A DNA stretch of 64,000 nt from an uncultured virus (IMG/VR IMGVR_UViG_3300030330_004454) (taxonomy: Duplodnaviria > Heunggongvirae > Uroviricota > Caudoviricetes): IMG/VR virus record IMGVR_UViG_3300030330_004454, one strand, 5' to 3'. Made by a program: the position numbers and the translations under genes. The notes beneath the pieces are model-generated. The model was not told where the DNA came from, ran no database searches, and saw nothing but the letters and a program-made list of their open reading frames with translations. This document shows, one piece after another, positions 57,951-64,000 of this stretch (position 1 is its first letter; each line of letters begins with the position of its first letter).

Positions 57951-60900
57951 TATGCATTCCTGTTTCTTCTTAGTTTTCCTAACTGGTTGATTGAAATTTC
58001 ATTCACGACAGCCGTCAGTATTTGTTCTTTAGCCTGTGAACTCATCTGATCCATAGCTTGCGGCGTATTAACTACAACGTCAACTCTTGTGGGAGCAAGA
58101 GTCATCTCAAACTTGAAGTTGATCAATCTATTTACGGTTTCGTTAAACTTGCCGAAGGATGAACTAAGAGATGATGCTATGCTACTTAATGCTTTTGTGT
58201 CAACTGATGCTGCTACCTCACCTCCGTTATTATAATATACACCATTTTGCAGAGATGAGCCACCATTCATTTGTTCTAATATTTGACGATTATTTCCGGT
58301 GTTTACTGCTCTTCTGTTTACTACGAACTCGCCGGGAGTTAACATGGCGGGTACGGTGTCTGTGCCGCGAGGAACGAACATGCCGTTTGAGGCATATACT
58401 GGACCTCCGCGACTATATCCAAATAGACCATAAAATTTAAAAATATCACTATATCTAAATTGAGAAAACCCGGCCTGAAAAGGTGTTCTTTGATCTGTGC
58501 CTGCTTGTATTTTTTCAGCGGCTCTTCTTACAGCATTTAATTCTTGTTTTTCTTTTTTAGAAAGAGAGCTTGTGGCTGACCCAAAAGCACCTCCAGCTAA
58601 CTGCTCTGGAGTTTCAACGGCTCTTTTTGCGTTGGAAGCTTCTATTGTTCTTTGAAGACGTTCTGCTTCTCTCTCTTTTCTAATCGACTCAGTAAACTCT
58701 TCAATAGCATTTGTGTTTTCTTTAAGAGCGGTTTCCTGAGTAGATATTTTATTTGATAAAACTGTATTAGCAGCAGCTTGTTTTTCAGAATTTTTTATTA
58801 AATTCTTTTTAGATTCTTCTCTTTCTCTTTTTGAAGATTCAAATTGCTTGTCGGCATTGTCTTTCAATGCTTTAGCCGCTGCTTCTGTAGCAGAAGCTCC
58901 CCGATTTTGAACATCTACTAACTCTCTAACATTGTTTCTAAGGTTTACTATTTCTGTTGTATTCTCTGTCATAATTTGAGCCATTGACTGACTCAAAAGC
59001 CCACCGGCAACACCCGTCTGAGCCGCAGTTCTTCTTTGGTCCACATCTGTTATGGTCTTGAGAGCCTCTCCTAATGCTCTTGGACTGAAGTTTCCAGCAG
59101 CAGCAGCGTTTCCAGAAATCAAAGCTCTTCTAGCAGCAGCGGCCTCTTGTTGTCTCAAGAAGTCCTCAATATTACCAGAAAGCAAACTATCTATAGCCTG
59201 CTGATCTAGCTTTAACTTATCTCTAGCAACTTTAAGGGCTTCTTTCTCTATGGCGATTCTATCATTAATAGAACTATTTAGTCTATCAATATTAGCTCTC
59301 TCTTTATCTATCTCATTTATAATCTGTTGTCTTGCTTTTGCGTCGTCTGCATCAGAAAGGGCTTTTGTTTGTTCTTCAAGATTGGAGCCAGCGGTAGATA
59401 ATGCGGCAGATAAGCTTTCTGCACTTGCAGATACTTTTTCTCCCAGATTGATTTGTAACTTCTTATTTAGAAGTTCTAACCTTTGACTAATAGTAAATGT
59501 TTTTACACCAAACTCTTCTAATAGTTCAGCGCCTCTTATTTCTGAGTCAACACTTGCTAATCTTACATTTAATAAATCTTTCTCTGTTTTAGCAACTTCT
59601 TTTAATATTTTAGCTTGAGCTTCAAAAGCTGTTTCTAGTTGTCTAACAACTTCTAAGTCTACAGTAGCCCCTTTAGCCAACCTTTGAATCAACTCTTTTG
59701 ATATTTCAGATATATCTTTACCAACTTCGCCTAATCCTAAACCTTCAAATATTTTATCGTCGTCAAGTAAATTTCTAAATGTATTAGTATCAACACTGTT
59801 CTTCAGTTCAGATTGCAATGCCTTGAGGAAGGCGGTGGGGTTGCCTGAAAAACTTTCGTTTGTTCTAACTTTATTTAAAGCATTACCAAAATCATTAGTT
59901 ATATTATTCAGGTCTCTAAACTGATCTTGAACACCTCTAATAATACGTCTATCAACACCGGCATCGCTCAGTGTTTTGCCTAAACCGATTAGATTATTTC
60001 TAAATTCTCTTTGGTCAAGCGCAGCACCTTTTGTGACGGCTTCTAGTTGATTCAAAGTAGAAGATAATTGATTAAACTCGCCTCTTGCTTTTGCTACAGA
60101 ATCGGCCAGTCCAACATTCAAACCTTTTAAAGTGCTGTCTAGAGTGAATAAAGAACTATTAAGAGCTTTGGCTATCTTTAAATTAGATATTATTTCTTTT
60201 TGTTGATTTAAAAAAGCATTTCCTAGTTCTTCTGCTTTTTTTGCACTTAGGGTAAGTTCTAGATTAGCTCCATCTAAACCGCTTTTTATTCTATCTATAG
60301 ACTCATCAAAAGTTCCACCACTAAGAATAATTTGCCTATTGTTTATTTTTGTTGATTCTGAAAGCGCATCTAAAGCTTTGGATGTGTTATCAAACGTTGC
60401 CTGTCTTTCTTTTTCTCTTTTTGCTGATGCTACTTCTTCTAGTTCTGCATCTGTACTGCCAAGTCCAAGATTTCTTGCTATAAAGTCTCTAATGCCGCCC
60501 GCAAATCTATTTAACTCATTATTATAATTTGCTTGTGCTGCTTGTAATTCTGCTGCACCCTGATTTAAAGTATTACGTAGGTTTGCAGTTAACTCGCCGG
60601 ATGCAAATGCGTCTGCGGCACTTTTTGTTCCAGCTTTTAATTCTCTGAGCGCTTGATCTGCTGCTTTACTATTTTTTTCAAAATCCCTTGCTGTTCTTCC
60701 AGCAAGAGCCTGCGCCTTAGCGTTGGCTTTTATTGACTCAAGACTGTTTCCACCAAATGCGCTAGCAAGATTGACATAAGCTTCGGCTGCCCCTTCTCCA
60801 AACAAAGATATAAAAGCGGGAGCTTCTTTTAATACGGCTAACTCTTTAGCTCTTTCTACGTTTCCGAGTTTAACGGCATTATTGAATTTTTCTTGTAAAC

Positions 60901-63900
60901 CTAAGCCTGCGCCAATAACTTTATTCAGAGCAAATAAACCACCGGCAGCTATTCCAACAGGTCCAGCGAATCTAGCTACAGCGCCGAAAGCTTTTACAGC
61001 ACCTCCAGCCGCTCTACCAATACCACCCGCTAATCTACCACCTCCCAATCTGCCACGCACTGCTCTAGACGCTCTTGCGGGGGCCGACCTTCTGCTCCTC
61101 CTCGCCTCTCTAGCGTCCATGAATTCATCAAAATCTGCATTTGACAAATTTCCAGATTGAAAACCTCTGCTTAATTGACCAAATCTTTTGTTAGACCTCG
61201 CCTTGCCTCCGGTAAAGAGTTTGCCTAAACCTTTAAGGTTAATTCCAAAGCTAGACATAGCAACGCCCGCAATGCCAACTTGAGTTACAAGCGAGGTAAG
61301 AGAATCTCTAAAGTCAATGGATGTAGTACCAAGTTCTGATATTGCTTCGTCCGTTTTTTCTACGGTTGGAATCATAGAGTCTATAACAGTAGGAAGCAAG
61401 AATGCAAGCGCTGTAGGATCAACACGTCCACCGTTAGCAAACTTTTGAACACTACCCACTGGTCCACCGGCAGCAAATCCTTGAACACCCTTGCTATTCA
61501 TGCGGCTAAGATTACCGTATCCGATACTCTGTGCAGCAGATTTATTGAAAACAAACTCGCCGGGAGTTAGAAGTGCAGGCACTGTGTCTGATCCAGAAAT
61601 AGATCCACCAGAAGCTTTTTTTGTCCTATTGGCGGCAAGCTGATCTCCAGCAGCCAACTTTTCTCTACGTTCTTGAACGCTGGCAATTTTAGATGGACCT
61701 TGTTCAAGTAATGACTTAGCCAGTTGTCCAGTTATATTTTCTAATATTAAGTTTCCACCCTTTTTAGTCAAGCTAGCAAGCGCCTCTGTGCTAAATGTTC
61801 TTTTTGCGTCAGTGACTAGATCTGGACCAAGACCACTAAAAGCTTTTGAAGCAGATCCTAATCCTCCACGAAAATCAAATACATCATTAGGATTTATTTT
61901 TTGATTATCAAAAGGTTTATCTGAAAGACCATTAATAAACGATTCAAATATACCGCCTTCTATTTGTTCACGGTTTGATGTTTGGAAAGCTTTTCTGAAT
62001 TTAGAGCCACTAAATTTAATACCCGGAATATTTTGTTTAGTAAAACCTTTAGAGAATTTACTTAGGGATGTTTGTATGCCAGACCTAAATCTACTTGAAA
62101 CATCTTGAGATAAAGATCCAGATTTTATACTCATAGGTATGCTAAATTGACCGCCTCTGGTTCTGGCAGCATTTAAAAAAGCTTTAGCTTCGTCTTGACT
62201 AGAAGCGCCCGCCAGCTTTTTTGCTTCCGCCAAAATTGCAGTGCCTTGAATCTCAGACCTTAAACTTTGAATAACACCTTCTGGCTGCAAGAATGCTCCA
62301 CCGATATCCAATTCTGTATCGCCATCTTTGTCTCCAGCTTTTCTAAGAAGAGCCTTTTTAAACTTTCCCAACTTGGAAGGAGCTAAAGTTATTTCTTCTC
62401 CACCGCGAAGTTTACCTAAATCAGTTCTATCTGGTTTGACTTTGCCAGCGTCGGCATACCTGTTGTTATTCATTCTAGCAAGAGTATCAGCACCTAAGCT
62501 TTTAACACTACTCTTACGAATGACAAATTCTCCGGGAGTAAGCATCGCCGGAACAGTATCTCTATTTCCAGTTCCGGGAACTATACCTCCTCTAGCAAGC
62601 CCAATAGGACCGCCTGCGTTTCTTCCAATCGCGCCACGCAAACCTCCAGCAAAACTACCGATACCTTTAGCTATTTTGATACCGGCAAAAGCACCAAGAA
62701 GTGGCACTATAGGTTTTAGAGCATCAGCAACTTTAATTAAAGCATCAGCCAAACCAAGCGTTGTTTTTACTAGAACTTGGAAACTAGTGGTTTCGCTCAA
62801 GCTACGAATCAGCGCTAAAAAGTTTTCTCTAGTCTTTTGTATTTGAACGGCCAACGCCTCTTGCGCTGTTTGGGCATCTCTATCCAGAGAAGTAGAGCCA
62901 GCAACGGCAGCGGCTCTTGCTCGTTCTGCGGTCTCAAACTGTTGAATAAGCGGAATAACTTTGCCAATCTGACGGAATCCACCAAGTTCTTCTGCAATTT
63001 GAACAAACCTAATATCGCCTTCTTCAAGCCCTTGAAGCGATTGGCTCAACTGGCGTACAGCATCAAACGGACCTACAAACTTACCTTCTAAATTAGTAAG
63101 TTCAACACCGTATTGTTTTAAGAACTCAATAGTCTTGGGTCTTTGAATACGTGTAAAGATAGTTCTAAGACCTGTAGCAATACTTTCTGCACTTTCTCGC
63201 GTTGTAGCACGTACACTTGTGAACAAAGCAAGAAGTTCATTTAGATCACCACCAGCAGATTTAAACACACCACCAGTACGGCGAACAGCAGAAATCAAGT
63301 CTCCAGACTCAACCGCAAATTGACCAGCAACAGCATTGATAGAACCAAGCTGACCTTCAAGCGCACCCACACCACGACCAAACTGAGCAAGAATAGCAAC
63401 AGCACCTTCTGCCGTTTTCTCTATACTCTCAAACGTAGGAGCAAGAGTTGTCTTTGCTAAAGCAGAAAGTGCAACCTCTAGCTGTGCAGCCTGAAGACCC
63501 GTCTGAGCTAGAATTCTGGACGTTGCTAAAAGATCTTTACTGGACGTACCTAAACCTGTAGAAAGATCAGTGATAGTACTAGTAAGATTAGACAGAGCTT
63601 GGGTTGTAGCCCCAGAAACCTGCTTAATCTTAATCAGTTCTCTTTGGAAATCAATGGAGTCTTCAACCGCACTAGAAAGTTTGTTAGCAAACAGACTAAC
63701 AGCCCTATTAGCAATACTAAACGCAGCAAACCTCTTGATAGAAACACCGAAGTTCTTACCAAGGTTTTTAGCGCCTTTATTCAGATTATTTACTTGTTGA
63801 TTTACTTGAGCTATTTGCCTTGTGGCCTGCCTGCCTCCTTGTACATTCAGATTTACATTGACACCGTTAAGCTGTCTTTGAATCTGATTAACAACTTGGC

Positions 63901-63955
63901 TTACATTTCTAGGCGCTTGTAGCTGTAATTGTGCAGTTAAAACAAAACGTGACAT
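57950..63955 (-). CDS. Tail tape measure protein (2001 aa)
   Basis: Ala/Leu/Gln-rich helical protein with a TP901-type core (RELIKIKQVSG...ILAQTGL...ATTRESAESIATGLRTIFTR), coiled-coil stretches and three DTVPA(M/L)LTPGEFV motifs. Confidence 0.88.
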   Translation of the reverse strand: MSRFVLTAQLQLQAPRNVSQVVNQIQRQLNGVNVNLNVQGGRQATRQIAQVNQQVNNLNKGAKNLGKNFGVSIKRFAAFSIANRAVSLFANKLSSAVEDSIDFQRELIKIKQVSGATTQALSNLTSTITDLSTGLGTSSKDLLATSRILAQTGLQAAQLEVALSALAKTTLAPTFESIEKTAEGAVAILAQFGRGVGALEGQLGSINAVAGQFAVESGDLISAVRRTGGVFKSAGGDLNELLALFTSVRATTRESAESIATGLRTIFTRIQRPKTIEFLKQYGVELTNLEGKFVGPFDAVRQLSQSLQGLEEGDIRFVQIAEELGGFRQIGKVIPLIQQFETAERARAAAVAGSTSLDRDAQTAQEALAVQIQKTRENFLALIRSLSETTSFQVLVKTTLGLADALIKVADALKPIVPLLGAFAGIKIAKGIGSFAGGLRGAIGRNAGGPIGLARGGIVPGTGNRDTVPAMLTPGEFVIRKSSVKSLGADTLARMNNNRYADAGKVKPDRTDLGKLRGGEEITLAPSKLGKFKKALLRKAGDKDGDTELDIGGAFLQPEGVIQSLRSEIQGTAILAEAKKLAGASSQDEAKAFLNAARTRGGQFSIPMSIKSGSLSQDVSSRFRSGIQTSLSKFSKGFTKQNIPGIKFSGSKFRKAFQTSNREQIEGGIFESFINGLSDKPFDNQKINPNDVFDFRGGLGSASKAFSGLGPDLVTDAKRTFSTEALASLTKKGGNLILENITGQLAKSLLEQGPSKIASVQERREKLAAGDQLAANRTKKASGGSISGSDTVPALLTPGEFVFNKSAAQSIGYGNLSRMNSKGVQGFAAGGPVGSVQKFANGGRVDPTALAFLLPTVIDSMIPTVEKTDEAISELGTTSIDFRDSLTSLVTQVGIAGVAMSSFGINLKGLGKLFTGGKARSNKRFGQLSRGFQSGNLSNADFDEFMDAREARRSRRSAPARASRAVRGRLGGGRLAGGIGRAAGGAVKAFGAVARFAGPVGIAAGGLFALNKVIGAGLGLQEKFNNAVKLGNVERAKELAVLKEAPAFISLFGEGAAEAYVNLASAFGGNSLESIKANAKAQALAGRTARDFEKNSKAADQALRELKAGTKSAADAFASGELTANLRNTLNQGAAELQAAQANYNNELNRFAGGIRDFIARNLGLGSTDAELEEVASAKREKERQATFDNTSKALDALSESTKINNRQIILSGGTFDESIDRIKSGLDGANLELTLSAKKAEELGNAFLNQQKEIISNLKIAKALNSSLFTLDSTLKGLNVGLADSVAKARGEFNQLSSTLNQLEAVTKGAALDQREFRNNLIGLGKTLSDAGVDRRIIRGVQDQFRDLNNITNDFGNALNKVRTNESFSGNPTAFLKALQSELKNSVDTNTFRNLLDDDKIFEGLGLGEVGKDISEISKELIQRLAKGATVDLEVVRQLETAFEAQAKILKEVAKTEKDLLNVRLASVDSEIRGAELLEEFGVKTFTISQRLELLNKKLQINLGEKVSASAESLSAALSTAGSNLEEQTKALSDADDAKARQQIINEIDKERANIDRLNSSINDRIAIEKEALKVARDKLKLDQQAIDSLLSGNIEDFLRQQEAAAARRALISGNAAAAGNFSPRALGEALKTITDVDQRRTAAQTGVAGGLLSQSMAQIMTENTTEIVNLRNNVRELVDVQNRGASATEAAAKALKDNADKQFESSKREREESKKNLIKNSEKQAAANTVLSNKISTQETALKENTNAIEEFTESIRKEREAERLQRTIEASNAKRAVETPEQLAGGAFGSATSSLSKKEKQELNAVRRAAEKIQAGTDQRTPFQAGFSQFRYSDIFKFYGLFGYSRGGPVYASNGMFVPRGTDTVPAMLTPGEFVVNRRAVNTGNNRQILEQMNGGSSLQNGVYYNNGGEVAASVDTKALSSIASSLSSSFGKFNETVNRLINFKFEMTLAPTRVDVVVNTPQAMDQMSSQAKEQILTAVVNEISINQLGKLRRNRNA
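58322..62562 (-). repeat. Three diverged copies of the DTVPA(M/L)LTPGEFV...MN module in the tape measure gene (about 62524-62562, 61550-61590, 58322-58360)
   Basis: Seen directly in the translation; each copy is flanked by (F/Y/L/K)-x-x-G-G motifs. Confidence 0.85.
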
Positions 63956-64000
63956 ATCGTCTCTCTGTTAGTGGCTTTATTTCACTCTACCCAATTAACT

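Noticed and set aside
31607..63922. Short plus-strand ORFs opposite the structural genes (e.g. 62328-62846, 44220-44597)
   Set aside because: Antisense shadows of long structural ORFs with no independent support.
1..64000. tRNA, rRNA, CRISPR array, retron or diversity-generating retroelement
   Set aside because: Intergenic gaps are only tens of bases and are explained by promoters or terminators. I saw no nucleotide-level repeat-spacer array, reverse transcriptase or template/variable repeat pair. A tRNAscan/Infernal run would be needed to exclude RNAs formally.
1..64000. Stop-codon reassignment (alternative genetic code)
   Set aside because: Standard-code ORFs tile the window almost completely, including a 4873-aa frame, and TAA, TGA and TAG all terminate genes at coupled junctions.

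Overview
This is a densely coded, AT-rich 64 kb segment that reads as part of a large (jumbo-type) tailed dsDNA phage genome. The host is probably a Planctomycete or other PVC bacterium, inferred from a Tat-signal DUF1501 gene. There are two convergent arms that meet at back-to-back intrinsic terminators near 30.45-30.51 kb. The + arm (1-30.4 kb) carries DUF1501, a PAP2 phosphatase and a modular basic head-type protein. It also carries a DNA polymerase III alpha gene split into two ORFs with no intein, with a DEDDh exonuclease and an orphan XhoI/PaeR7I-like endonuclease between the halves. These are followed by an SSB-like gene, an ~18 kb island of glycosyltransferases, methyltransferases and NDP-sugar enzymes, a DUF559-type endonuclease and a probable ssDNA-annealing protein. 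The - arm (30.5-64 kb) is a virion/tail module: a tape measure protein, a 4873-aa beta-propeller/LamG protein and several large hypothetical structural proteins. The most notable observations are: (1) a possible virion-glycosylation system (large glycan island plus Ser-Gly-dense structural proteins); (2) a PD-(D/E)XK-like cargo domain bracketed by repeats inside the tape measure protein; (3) the intein-free split DnaE; (4) apparent near-total CCWGG avoidance; and (5) a GTGTATA(A/T)T motif upstream of late genes. I saw no tRNA, rRNA or CRISPR array. All family assignments come from motif recognition by eye, not database searches.
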